A DNA stretch of 64,000 nucleotides from assembly GCA_964016885.1 (NCBI GenBank), contig OZ024747.1, positions 60,884,001 through 60,948,000 on the forward strand, read 5' to 3'. Origin of the DNA: Eledone cirrhosa. Taxonomy: Eukaryota. Position numbers and translations under genes: made by a program. This document shows positions 13,709 to 25,939 of this stretch, in pieces. Within the stretch, counting starts at the first letter, position 1, and each line of letters starts with the position of its first letter. The notes beneath the pieces are model-generated. The model saw only the letters and a list, made by a program, of their open reading frames with translations. It did no database searches and was not told where the DNA came from.

Positions 13709-13786
13709 ATTGCCTTGTCCGACGAACGAATGAGGACGTTTTTTTCGTATTCGTCTTATTCGGGAAACCTCAGGTAATGAGGTAAT
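13709..13786 (+). ncRNA. Type I hammerhead ribozyme, CCGACGA core variant
   Basis: 10-bp stem I (13709-13718 / 13777-13786, with G-U pairs); CCGACGA 13719-13725; GAAA 13764-13767; CC-TCA-GG; GUA 13774-13776. Confidence 0.65.
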
Positions 13787-13887
13787 TATATTGTATTGTT
13801 TATTATACATTAAATTTTGCTCTGGTACTTACATAGAGCACTCTTCACTCCTATGACTTTTCCAATTTTCAACGGAAACTTCAATAG

Positions 13888-13933
<46 letters not shown>

Positions 13934-13955
13934 TTTAATGTGGCTAAGTGGAGGG

Positions 13956-14006
13956 TCTTGCTACTCTGGAGTTTCATGTGTTCACAATCAGGATCATCAA
14001 GCAAGA
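13956..14006 (-). ncRNA. Hammerhead-like motif (UUGAUGA, C3U) inside a small inverted repeat (13941-14056)
   Basis: TCTTGC TTGATGA ... GAAA CTC CA GAG TA GCAAGA; 6-bp stem I, weak stem II. Confidence 0.5.
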
Positions 14007-14709
14007 TTGAAACTCGAGGTGAAATTGTAGTGTAACAAGACTCACCACTTAGCCATAATATAGGATATCTAAACTCTAATTTGGTATTGAGTAATCATTC
14101 TCACGGCCACTAATATTACATGTATATATATATATATATACATTTAAAGTATATGATAAACACGAAATGTGTTTACATTGCAACAGACAAAGTTAGCTAT
14201 TAATGAAATAAACTAATAAAAGTGAATACAATTTGTCTGTCTCGATACAAGTCAATAAAGACAAGGTTATATTGGCAACTGCCATGATTCCTGGACATAT
14301 TTAAATTTCAAAATTCAAACCTGTTCTGTAGACGAATTTGAACCTCGAAACCCAAATAAGTTTCGCAATGGTGGAATGTGAATTGAAAAATAAAGAGAAT
14401 CGAAATGGAATAGAAATAAAAGAGTGAAATATCCAAATCATCTGTGCATATCGACAGGAATCCAGTAAGATTAGTCTATCTCACATCAAAAATTTTGCAG
14501 GACTGACTACACGTGGGTAGGCAGGCCAAAACTAGCTATCCCACATTCACGGTGCTAGAAATAACAGCCACTTATGCAGGATTAAGGAACAGCTCTTACA
14601 ATAAAGGAGCTATACATTATATATTTTGAGAATAAACTCTCAGTCGTTTACAATAATTAAGCTCCAGGAAAGGGCTCTTCCGAGCAGTTAAATATATATA
14701 TATATATTT

Positions 14710-14885
14710 ACATTCTAACCTATGCTAGCATGGAAGAACGGACGTAAAACGGTGATGATGATGACATGTGATATTAATGGTCTTCTATATTATTGCACAA
14801 CACCAGAGGTCTTGGTCCTGTGTCATCCATCGCCTTTGAGAGGTCTAATTGGGCAAGATCAGCTTTTATCACCTCATCCCGTGTC
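14710..14885. mobile_element. RTE/SINE 3'-end fragments in opposite orientations
   Basis: AACCTATGCTAGCATGGAAGAACGGACGTAAAA(TGA)n tail, then similarity to the RTE C-terminus at 16030-16110. Confidence 0.55.
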
Positions 14886-15034
14886 ATATATATATATAAT
14901 TAATATAGAGTGATTCGTTTTCATCTGAGCTGAACTTAAAATCTAATGTTCTTACTTTGATGTTCTTTTATATAAGTGCTTGCATATTTTAGTGAAGAGG
15001 GAATTTCTAGTTTACTTGAAGCATTGTATATGGT

Positions 15035-15232
15035 ATAAAGAATTTGAAGTTTGAAAGCCATGACAACGTGGGTTTGGACGGCGAATAATTAAATCTTAAG
15101 AAACAGGACTTGTTTTTTTACCTTAATTTATTCATATGTCGTGTAAAAAAAACAGCCCTTGGTTCTTACGATTTAATTATTCTCCATCAAAACCTGCATT
15201 GTTGCGGCTTCCAAACTTTGAATTCTTTGATA
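15035..15232. repeat. Degenerate fold-back / MITE-like inverted repeat, ~87-bp arms
   Basis: AAAGAATTTGAAGTTTGAAAGCC...AATTAAATCTTAAGAAAC versus GTTCTTACGATTTAATT...GGCTTCCAAACTTTGAATTCTTT. Confidence 0.75.
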
Positions 15233-15647
15233 TTTTTTTAGTTTAATGGAAGGTATTTATACGTGAGAGTGTATACGTATGTATCAATGTGGATGTGCAT
15301 ATATGTATGGGTGTGGATGTTTGTACAATCTAGCATGTGAAAATTGTTTCTGCTTCTTGAAATCTCTCATATTTATATAGAATTCTTTGTGCAAAATAGA
15401 AAAAATTGCCTATAACTCTTACTATAATATTCATGTGTAAACAAACTTTACCACTATGGTATGCTTTTATACAGAATGCTCTTGTTGAGATAAAATATTA
15501 AACATGTTTTATTAATTTTGAATATTCCTATTATTATATTATATAATTGATTAATCAATAATTAAGTATATGACCAGTAAGATGGAGGAAACATGTGTTA
15601 ATTAAAATATAATATAATTAACAGTATTTGGTCTTATTTTCAATGTA

Positions 15648-15682
<35 letters not shown>

Positions 15683-15686
<4 letters not shown>

Positions 15687-15960
15687 TCATCATCATCATC
15701 ATCATCATTTTACGTCCGTTCTTCCACGCTAGCATGGGTTAGACGGGTTGTCCTGTTGTGGGCAGTGTCTGGTCGGCTGACCTTATCTTGCTCATACAGT
15801 AACTGATTTGGCTTGATTTCTACAGCTGGATGCCCTTCCTAACGCCAACCTCATTTACAGTGAGTGCTGGGAGCTTTTTCGTGGCGCCTACACGTCCACT
15901 TTACAGTGTGGGCTGGGTGCTTTTTTGCCGTGGCACCTCCACGACCACCTTGCGGTGGGG
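15683..15960 (-). mobile_element. SINE family B body and RTE-like tail with (GAT)n
   Basis: Matches 58710-58939. Confidence 0.8.
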
Positions 15961-15988
15961 GTGTGTGGGGGCATATTGTCTATATGCT

Positions 15989-17128
15989 TCAGCTTGTACC
16001 CATGGGAGGTCGGGTACTCTGTATTACTGCGTGACGCCAGAAGTCACGGTCGTGTGTCATTGTCTTTGAGAGGTGTAATTGGGTAAGGTCGGCTTTTATC
16101 ACCTCGTCCCAGGTCATCTTGGGTCTCCCCACTCCGCGGTTTCCATCAACTTCTAGTGCTCTGCACCTTTTTATGCAGCTGTCATCCTTCATACGCATCA
16201 CATGTCCATACCAGCGCAGCCGCCTCTCCTGCACACAGCATTTGATTCCTCTTATGCTCAGTCTCTCTCTCAATTCATTTATGCTTTGTCGTTCACGTAT
16301 ATTACTGTTACACATCCATCGGAGCATGCAAGCTTCGTTTCTCTCTAATCTACGTAAGTCTTCCACCTTCAGCGCCCAGCTCTCACTACCATGCAACATC
16401 GCTGTTCAGATACACGCATCATACAGTCTGCTTTTCATTCTGAGGGAGAAGCCTTTTGCAGCTAGCAGTGGTAGTAGTTCCCTAAACTTCTTCCATCCCG
16501 TTCTTACCCTAGTTATTGTACTTTCTGAACACCCACCTCCGCTGCTAATTCGGTCACCTAGGTAGCAGAAGCTGTCTACTGTTTCTACAGGGCCCTCCCA
16601 GAGATTGGTGGTACTTGTTTCCTGTGGCTGTTTTCTGCTTGCTGTCTCAGCACAGCTGCTGCATGTGAATCCTACATTCTTAATTAAGCTTCCTGAGATC
16701 CCGCTACATCTCTTGTGTACCCATTGTTTGCATTTGGGGCAGAGAATGGAGTTCCTACCTACACCTTTCCTACATACTGAGCAAGGCCATTTCCCTGAGG
16801 GGATCTGGGTTCTGTTTTCTCGTCTACTTACAAGGACCTTAGTCTTTGTCATGTTGACTTTGAGACCCTTTCTTTCTAGTCCCTGCTTCCAAGTTTGGAA
16901 TTTATTCTCTAGTTCTACCATAGATTCAGCTATGAGTGCGAGGTCATCAGCATACAGGAGTTCCCATGGGCATCCGGTCTTAAACTCCTCCGTTATTGCC
17001 TGCAGGACTATGATGAACAGGAGAGGGCTAAGAACAGAACCCTGGTGGACCCCAACCTGTACGCTAAATTCCTCGCTATACTCATTGCTAATCCTAACTT
17101 TGCTGACTGCTCCCCTATACACGGCTTG
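15989..17128 (-). pseudogene. 5'-truncated RTE-clade LINE ORF (RT C-half, Cys-rich finger, C-terminus) with one in-frame stop
   Basis: GVHQGSVLSPLLF, LLYADDLAL, CSVC...CPKC..WVHKRC...CSSC, FCYLGD, RLRWYGHV, GRPKMTW; the two ORFs are in frame across TGA at 16406-16408. Confidence 0.95.
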
Positions 17129-18427
17129 TATATATATATGCACAAGGTGCATTCAGGAAGTTTTGAGACTTCTTGAGGAGATTCCACACAGTTTCCATCT
17201 ACATATTTTCCCTCACAAGGCTTGGGTCAACCCAAAGCTATGGTAAAGACCCACTCAGTGGGATCAAACCTCAGACTTCAAGATTGCAAAGTGGACTTCT
17301 TAATCATTCAGTTATGCCTGCTAGCCTAGCTAACTTACTAAATGAATATATTTCACTGAGAAGACCTAATAAGGTCGAAGCATATCCATTGCTTTCACCA
17401 TGTTGGCTTATACACAAGGTCCATTCTCACTGCATTGTTACAAAATATTTGAATCAGCCAAGGTTGCAGTGGTCTTCTACTTTACTTGCTTCTCATTACC
17501 TGAACATTTCTAAAGGGAGTTTTGGTCTTGAAATCACAAGGATAGTCTCAGTTGGTTCAAGAGTTTTTTTCTGTTTTTCTGTTCTCCATATTCAGAATGA
17601 CAAAACCCTATTTGAATGTGTACATTTCATGCAGAGCACTCCCTTCAGATATGCTTGCCTATACTCTTTGTTAACATATGTTTAGTCACATGAACCTTCA
17701 ACAAAGTCATAAGTATTTGCTCCATCTAGCTACAGAGACAAACATATCAGTTCAGATCTTATAAAGAACAAACCTCCCATTGATATCCATCATCAGCCTC
17801 AGGGACTGCAATAGGAGTTAGACATCCTTGATTGAATAGCGTCAAATATAAACTTAATAATATACCACAAAAGAGATAATGTCTCTTTGTATGTATTTGG
17901 TGTCTAAAAGACAAAAGGAGGATTGCTTTTGTGTCTCAAAGAAGTAACTAATAGAATCACATATCTGTGAAAGAGAGAAAGAGAGACAGACAGTGATATA
18001 TATATACATGTATGTATATGTGCGTGTCTGTGTATATGCGTATAGAAGTATATATGTGTGTGTGTATGAGAGAGAGAGAAAGGTGTGTTTCATTAATATT
18101 TTACTCTGGCCTAAATTCAACATTGAAAGCTGATAACTACAGTATTTCCACTTCTGGTCTTAACAGAAAAACACTAATTTAATAACAAACATTCTTCATA
18201 ATTGGGTAAAGTCATAAACTGTATTGGCTCCAGAGAGAAAATCTGATAACAACTACTTCTTCCTCATCCTTCTTCTTCATTTCCTCCATACTATAACATC
18301 ATACAGTTTTTATTTTGTTATTTTTTGTCTATTAACCTCAACACTACTGCTACTGTTTGTGTGACACATCTCCTCCTGGATAAGAAGGTAGCCTTCCTCA
18401 GTGCTAACATTAATTATATGGTTAGTA

Positions 18428-18506
<79 letters not shown>

Positions 18507-19167
18507 ATTTCCCGGCATCGAAGACGCTACTTTTTTCCTAAAATAAGTCTAAAAGATTTACCATGCATCCTGGAGGCTGAAAGTTGTTTTATATCTCCGC
18601 TGTGACCCGTTTGTTTCTTTCTTACTGCTTCCCCTTTCTCTGTATCTCTCACTTTCTTTTTGCCCAGTCACTCTCTCAGTTAGCCTCTCCCTCACACTTT
18701 CACTCACGCACTCTCTGCTACTCCCTCTCCCTTACTTCCTCCCGTTTGACCTGTGTGAAATCCTTTTCTCGCTCACATTTCACCCAGGTTGACTGGTCTT
18801 TATCTCTCGTCTATGATTTCACAGAACTTAAGTTCATCGATTTCAGGGACTTGACTCCTTCTTCCTCACTTTTCGTTGCATTACCATCTTTGTTTGTTTA
18901 CAAGTCTCACTCGTTTCACCCTATTTTACGTGTCCCAACGACTTTCTTTAGCCATTGCTCGCACCAACCAGAGGTATATGATCTTTAAAGCGATGAAATA
19001 CCAATGAAGGCTGGAAGATCACTGATGAAGGACTAAATTTATTCCTATATATTATATATATATATATATATATAATATATAATATATATATATATAATAT
19101 ATATATATATATAATATATATATATATAATATATAATATATATATATATATAATATATATATAATAT

Positions 19168-19199
<32 letters not shown>

Positions 19200-19329
19200 A
19201 TATATATTCATTAGTTAAGCAAAACAAGACCACAAATTTCACAAGGAAGACTTTATTAAAAGATTGTCAACATATTTAGTTTGATGTAAGGAATGTAGAG
19301 AATAATAATAATAATAATATTAATAATAA

Positions 19330-19513
19330 ATGTTTCTACTTTAAGCACAAGGCCAGCAAATTACCCAGTGCATTACTGGTACTTTATTTTATCGACCCCG
19401 TAAGGATGAAAGGCAAAGTTAACCTCGGCGGGATTTGAACTCAGATCGTAAAGGGACGTAACTATGCTGGAAAGCATGGCGTCCAACCCTCTACCGATAC
19501 TGCCAATCCACCG
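19330..19513 (-). mobile_element. SINE family A, full length, inserted in the left pLTR arm
   Basis: 17-bp TSD AATAATATTAATAATAA at 19313-19329 and 19518-19534; the right arm has the empty site. Confidence 0.9.
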
Positions 19514-19886
19514 TAACAATAATATTAATAATAATAATAATGCCCGTTTACAATTGTTTCGCTACTCCGTATAATATTTCTGGATCAGATGACTATGTAT
19601 CATAATTGATCTGGTTCAGTTGAAAATAATTAACATATTTAAAAAAACAGAGAACTAGTAATACCTTAGCATATAGCCAGATTCGCCGGAATTTTAGTAG
19701 TAACAGCACCTATACAGGGAACTTTAATGGTGGCAGCGGCCTGCTCCCCACTCCTAGTAGCAAACTAAAAACCAACCCTAGATTAGGAATGAGAAATGGG
19801 ATGACAAATAACAAACCCCCAGGTAATAATAACCCTAGGAAGGCCCCTACCAACTCCACTAGAACCCCTAGAAAGAATAGGCCTTG

Positions 19887-20620
19887 AAATATCACCTGGC
19901 TTAACCCCCCATTCTCATCTAATCTAGCCACTAATATCCCCAATCGCTTCTTCTCTATCCTATCTAAACATTCCCCCCCCCCCCAACCATAGATATTACA
20001 AACTCTTTAATAAAAATAACATTAAAATCTCATTCTCCACAACACCTAACCTAGCTAGCCACATCGCATTCAGTAACTATCATAAACTAAGACACCATAA
20101 CTCCCACACCGCGGTACCACCACCCCTATCAAATACACCACGCCACTACACCAATAATTACTCTAGTAGCACACCTCCCCCATCTAATCCTTCTAGCACG
20201 GACCAACTGCTTATGTTAAATAACCCTACTCTCACTAACCGCAGAAGCAACTGCAACTGCCGTTACCCTAATGCATGCCCACTAAATGGACACTGCCTGA
20301 CACCCAACATAGTCTATAGGTGCACAGTTGAAACTGCTTCGAATACCAGCTCTTACATCGGGTCTACCTCTAACCCTTTTAAGGTACGCTATAACGCGCA
20401 CTCTTTTTCCTTCCGAGACCCTAGCAACAGATGTTCGACATCGCTAGCTAGGCTCATTAAAAACCTTAAATTAAACAAAGTTCAAGACTCACTAAAATGG
20501 GATATCGTAGCTAGGGCCCAACCGTTCAATGGACGAAGGAAATCTTGTGATCTCTGTGTTACGGAAGCGTATTACATAACTCTATCAAGACCTCTACCGA
20601 TAACGATAGAACGGAGGTAA
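19887..20620 (+). pseudogene. PLE ORF C-terminal remnant: thumb/linker plus GIY-YIG endonuclease
   Basis: NITWLNPPFSSNLATNI...HRYYKLFNKNNIKISFSTTPNL (frameshift in the C-run ~19975-19984), then CNCR..CPLNGHCL..NIVY....YIGST...RYNAH...CDLC.TEAYYI. Confidence 0.9.
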
Positions 20621-21049
20621 CCATTAGCTGTCAACATCGAAGGGCTAATTCCTTCGTCAATAGAGTTTTTGACCCAACTTAGTCATGTAGCCCCATCTCT
20701 AATTGTAGCTAATAAGTTAAATTGCTATGAACAACTCGATAATTATAAGTTACCTCCCCTACATTGTCTCTCAATTAAATAGTTTAAATACTAGCACTTA
20801 ACTATAAAATACACACAATCTCTAATCTCTCGAGAAGTTACTTCCCCTGAAACCACCCACTAATTAGTAAGGTAAATATGCCCTTTGGCAGCCATCTTGT
20901 TACCCATAGGCAGATCTCACACAATGCAGCCTCAACAGATGAGTACTGCTTGATTATGGCTGACAGCTGATGAAACAAAGGCACCATAGTAAAAACTAAT
21001 ATATGGAACATTATATTATGTAACATTATTTTAATTTATATTCCTTTGA

Positions 21050-21139
21050 GTTCCGATGAGCCACTCTGTTTTTTTAAATATGTTAATTATTTTCAACTGA
21101 TCCAGAAATATTATACGGAGTAGCGAAACAATTGTAAAC
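21050..21139 (+). ncRNA. Type I hammerhead, CCGAUGA core variant, palindromic stem III
   Basis: GTT CCGATGA (21053-21059) GCCACTCTGT...ACGGAGTAGC GAAA (21125-21128) CAATTG TA AAC. Confidence 0.7.
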
Positions 21140-21595
21140 GGGCATTATTATTATTAATATTATTATTATTATTATTCTCTACATTCCTTACATCAAACTA
21201 AATATGTTGACAATCTTTTAATAATGTCTTCCTTGTGAAATTTGTGGTCTTGTTTTGCTTAACTAATGAATATTTCCAGCTCTGCATGAACCCAGCCACC
21301 TAGCTGCTTTTTACTGCATATTGCACATTGAACACATGCCTTTACGCTTTGGCTTCTAACTAACTCACCAATCTTTCCTCTCATATCTCCTCTACTATCT
21401 CAATCTCTCTCTTTAAGATTGGTTACTCTTGAACTGTGTATATAATATATATATAATATATATATATAATATATATATATATATAATATACATATATATA
21501 ATATATATATATATAATATATATATATATATAGAATATATATATATAATATATATAAATATATATATATAATATAATATATATATATATATATAA

Positions 21596-21804
21596 TGAAG
21601 GAAGTGTGGTAAGGAACCAGGTGGACCATAACTCACCAGAGTACTCTATGCTTTGGGTAGTAGAGTGGGTAATAGGAAAAGAGTCAGAACGCCGACGGCA
21701 GAGTGCAAGCTGTTTCGACAGCTATTTCTGGACTATTTCTGAGTCCAGAAATAGCTGTCGAAACGGCTTGATCTCTGCCGTCGGGGTTCTGACTCTTTTC
21801 CTAT
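21596..21804 (-). mobile_element. Fold-back element family P1 with partial hammerheads, TA-flanked
   Basis: Arms 21672-21733 / 21742-21804; GAAA CGGC..GCCG TC half-ribozyme; extra ~75-bp tail on the left. Confidence 0.75.
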
Positions 21805-22329
21805 ATATATATAAACAAAGTTATCTCGAAGATTGTGTTTGAAGCACAAGTGTGTTAGAATTTGTAGAATAATGAGCACAAGGAAGCTGTTAAAACAGCA
21901 TCTTTGACAGCATTATGTTGTTTTAACAGCTTCCTTGCATTGAGTTCTTCTCATTATATTCTATGAAATGTATAAATAATAATAAATTCAAAGACCAAAA
22001 TCAAAAGAGGACTTGATAATGTTTTGCTGGACCGGCAACTGCTCTGCTTAATCAGCTCTTAAACATCACTGGAATTCTATAAGTATCCAGCTCCTAAAAA
22101 TCTCGACAGAAGCAAAGGGATAAGCACTCTTGATAACTGTTAACGAACAAGAAACAGCTGTCTGTTGCTTCCCTTTGTTTTTGCCGAGACTAAGTAAGCG
22201 ACAAAGTCACTACTTTAAAACTCATAGCGAATGGTCTTCAAAATGGTTTTAAATAAACATACAGTATATTATCAAATATACTATACATACATATATATAT
22301 ATATGTATATATGTATATATGTATATTTA

Positions 22330-22432
22330 ATAATAATAATGAAATTATTGTGTACAGTGCTCAGGTGCACTACAAGCCATCAAAGGTGCATGTATAGTAC
22401 ATAGAATAATGTACAAATGTTAGGAAAGTGAT
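22330..22432 (-). mobile_element. CR1-group LINE 3' UTR fragment
   Basis: Matches 48720-48815, with (TAA)n tail. Confidence 0.75.
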
Positions 22433-23399
22433 ATATAACAAAAACAAGAGCTATCAAAGGGTGAATGAACACTAAGGAGTCAACAGCCATTTACTCCAAC
22501 TATTCACCAACCTGAAAATTACAATCCTGAATGCCACAACACCAGAGTTTGGAATAATGGAAACTGAGAATACTAATAACTTGAAAAAACGGTACACGAA
22601 ATCCTGAAAATATATTTCACGAAAAAATGATTTAAAAAATACATTTTAAAAACATTTATTTATGATTTTAAAGATGGGCTTATTTGCCAAATATTATTTA
22701 CCTTTAATAATATAAATAAAACCTATTGAAGGAGTAAAAAATGTAAATAAAGCAAAGTTCATTGAAATTGGGATTCTGTCTGTTTGCTATATTTGTACCA
22801 AAAGAATAAACCGTTTGTTTACATTTTCAAATTACACCTTCAATATTTTTTATCAATATGTTTTTTCTTATATTCTAAAGTAAACAATGTTTCATAAATA
22901 AATAATCCATTTAAAACCAGAATGCTTTTTAGAATTATTTATAATAAAGTACACTTTCAGGTTTTGATTATCAATTTTTCAAGCTGACATTGTTCTCATA
23001 TTTTAATATTTTGAAATTTAGTCTTAAGGTGCTCAGGATGAATCTCTCACTTAGTGAGATGACTGGCATCCATAACACACACACACATTCTCTCTCTCTC
23101 TCTGGAGCGGGTAGGTCATTCCTGGCCAAGACTTGATTGGTCAGGGGACAATGTCTCAGCTATCATGTTCCATATTTGGGCTTGTTTCTACACCTGTATG
23201 TCCTTCCTATTGCTAATCACTTTACAGAGTGTATTGGGTGCTTTTTAGTAGCAACACCTATATATATATATATATATATACAAAGTAAAACCTACTACAG
23301 TCAGTAGGCACCTCTAACAAAATACACCCCATCCACTACCCCCACCCCATCCACACCACCCCTTTCAATGTTAAGTTATGTTGGTACCACAACATCCAG

Positions 23400-23659
23400 G
23401 CCGAAACAAATGAGGTCGTGTAGGTGTCACGACAAAAAAACACACAGTCCACGCTGTAATGTGGCCGTGTAGGTAACACGGTAAAAACCTTCCAGACCAC
23501 ACTGTAAATGTGGTTGGTGTTAGGAAGGGCATCCAGCCGTAGAAAACCCGCCAGACAGTCCTATTCGAGCAAGACAACCGCTCTTGCCTCAAGTGGGAAA
23601 ACTCCCGTCCAAACCCATGCAAGCGTGGAACACGGACGTTAAACGATGATGATGATGAT
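23400..23659 (+). mobile_element. SINE family B body and tail
   Basis: GGTGTTAGGAAGGGCATCCAGCCGTAGAAA...AACCCATGCAAGCGTGGAACACGGACGTTAAAC(GAT)n. Confidence 0.8.
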
Positions 23660-23810
23660 ATATATATTTATACTTATTATAAAGTTTAAGCCAAGAATCG
23701 CTGCTTTCACCCTTAACGAGATCTTCTGGTTTTAGTCTTCACATTTATTATAACTATATATATATATATATATAATAATTGATGGGTAAGGACTTATGTT
23801 GAAATATACT

Positions 23811-24002
23811 GGGTAGGATTGGCAGTATCGGTAGAGGGTCTGACACGATGCTTTGCAGCAAAGAGTTATGGTCCTTTATCGTCTGAGTTCAAATCCTGCC
23901 GACGTCAACTTTGCCTTTCATCCTTACGGGGTCAATAAAATAAAGTACCAGTAATACACTGAGATAATTGCTGGCCTTGTGTCAAAAGTAGAAACAATTA
24001 TT
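23811..24002 (+). mobile_element. SINE family A, full length
   Basis: A/B boxes and core as at 3590. Confidence 0.85.
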
Positions 24003-24339
24003 TTGTTTGATTGTGTTTATCATCCTTTGCCTGTTATATATTTATACCACATTGTAGTGGCGTTCTGAAGTCCTTACCATCCAATTATTACATATCATCA
24101 TCATCTAAAAAAGATGATGAAGTTTTGTTTACTTGTATTTAGATTTTATTGTGTATCGACCCGTTACATGTGTTTCCCAGAGGATTGGCTCAGGGTCATC
24201 CATAGAAATTATGGACCCGACTCCATTATCGATCTACTCTTCATAGTGGTGATGCCTGTGCATAGAGTTTTGGTACCACCATCAGTAAGTCACTGAATCT
24301 CCTGCAATATGTATATATATATAACTATATATGTATATA

Positions 24340-24396
<57 letters not shown>

Positions 24397-24398
<2 letters not shown>

Positions 24399-24515
24399 CG
24401 AAGGAAGTGTGGTAAGGAACCAGATGGACCATAACGCACCAAAGTACTCAATACTTAGGGTAGTAGAGTGGGTAATAGGAAAAAGTTTAACCCCGACGGC
24501 AGAGCTCAAGCCGTT
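24397..24515 (-). mobile_element. Family P1 fragment, TA-flanked
   Basis: Matches 21596-21712; another fragment at ~43537-43630. Confidence 0.75.
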
Positions 24516-24528
24516 GGTGTTAAACTTT

Positions 24529-24578
<50 letters not shown>

Positions 24579-24682
24579 ATAATAATAAATTTGAAGACTA
24601 AAATCCAAAGAGGGCTCGATAAGGATAAATATATATCAAATATATAAGCGATTCTTTGCTTAAACTTTAATCTGTTATTTTA

Positions 24683-24736
<54 letters not shown>

Positions 24737-24903
24737 ACATATACATATGTATACATATATATTATATTTATGTACATATGCATATGTATATTTATGTATA
24801 TATGTATATTTATGTAAATATATATATATATGTATATTTATGTAAATATATATATATATGTATATTTATGTAAATTTATATATATACATATATACATATA
24901 TAT

Positions 24904-24934
<31 letters not shown>

Positions 24935-24951
24935 CATATATACATATATAT

Positions 24952-25008
<57 letters not shown>

Positions 25009-25939
25009 TACATATATATATACATATATACATATATTCATATATATACACACATATATATATATATATATTTATATATATAATATAGTAAATGGTAGAG
25101 AAAGAGAAAGAATGTGTTTTGTTTACTTTATTATTGCACATCCTTCTTTTAGTAAAGACAATTACCTGTAGAAAAATATTTATCTGATCTGACATCGTTT
25201 GTATATTCATGAGTTTTCTGATTTAACCAATCTTTGCTGCTTGAATAAGACTAAAGATGATGAGAAAACTGACAATAAAAATAAATTGTAAAGAAAAAAG
25301 TGTTTAAATCATATTCCAACACCATTGAAAAGATTTAGAAGGAATTCTAAGAAAATATATAAATTATAAAAAAATAGAATTATTAATTTTTTGGGGGGTT
25401 TTAAAATTTAATCCACTGATTAAAATTGCAAATGAAATCTGGCACATTACCATTATAAAAATATCAATGTGATATAATAAAGAAAAAGAACGAGGATAAG
25501 TAATAAATATCTGATATCATAGCAGGGAGGTTAGCTTCAGAATGACAACACTATTTATCATCATTATTATCATTTTATGCCTGTTTATTCTTGTTTACAT
25601 TGGTTGGATGGGTGATCTCCATCACAGTGTCTTGCCATTTATATTTTCCTGTGTGGAGTTTAGTCATATGAGATCAACTTTCAACTCATCTTCCTATATC
25701 CTCTTAGGTCTTCTTCTTCCACTTGGATGACTTAGTACTTCTCATCCATATATACATTACATATCTGTACCAGTCAGATGACTCTTATGTCTTCTTCATC
25801 TTCGCCCACTTATTCCTGAGAGGGTCATGGGGCAAGAGTCCTCAAATACTCCTTCCAGCGGGTCCTGTCAGAAGCAACCATCTCCAACTGATCTGGCTCG
25901 ATCCCCATGGATGTTATCCAACGACATAGTTTTTTGGGG

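Larger units (their letters stand above)
12036..13890 (+). mobile_element. Fold-back PLE-like element: ~470-bp inverted arms (12036-12506 / 13337-13811) plus a tail, TA-flanked
   Basis: Arms are near-identical reverse complements (also visible as mirrored ORFs); each arm carries a hammerhead. Confidence 0.8.
19205..21430 (+). mobile_element. 5'-truncated Penelope-like element with inverted 5' partial pLTR and 3' pLTR plus tail, between (TA)n tracts
   Basis: Arms ~19205-19652 and ~21064-21275 are reverse complements; internal PLE ORF remnant; hammerhead in the pLTR. Confidence 0.9.

Noticed and set aside
16406-16408. In-frame TGA as selenocysteine or programmed readthrough
   Set aside because: Position is not an obvious Cys site and no SECIS was identified; CpG decay is simpler
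24160-24290. Possible minus-strand hammerhead (GAAACACATGTA)
   Set aside because: No matching CUGANGA with a pairing stem I could be found
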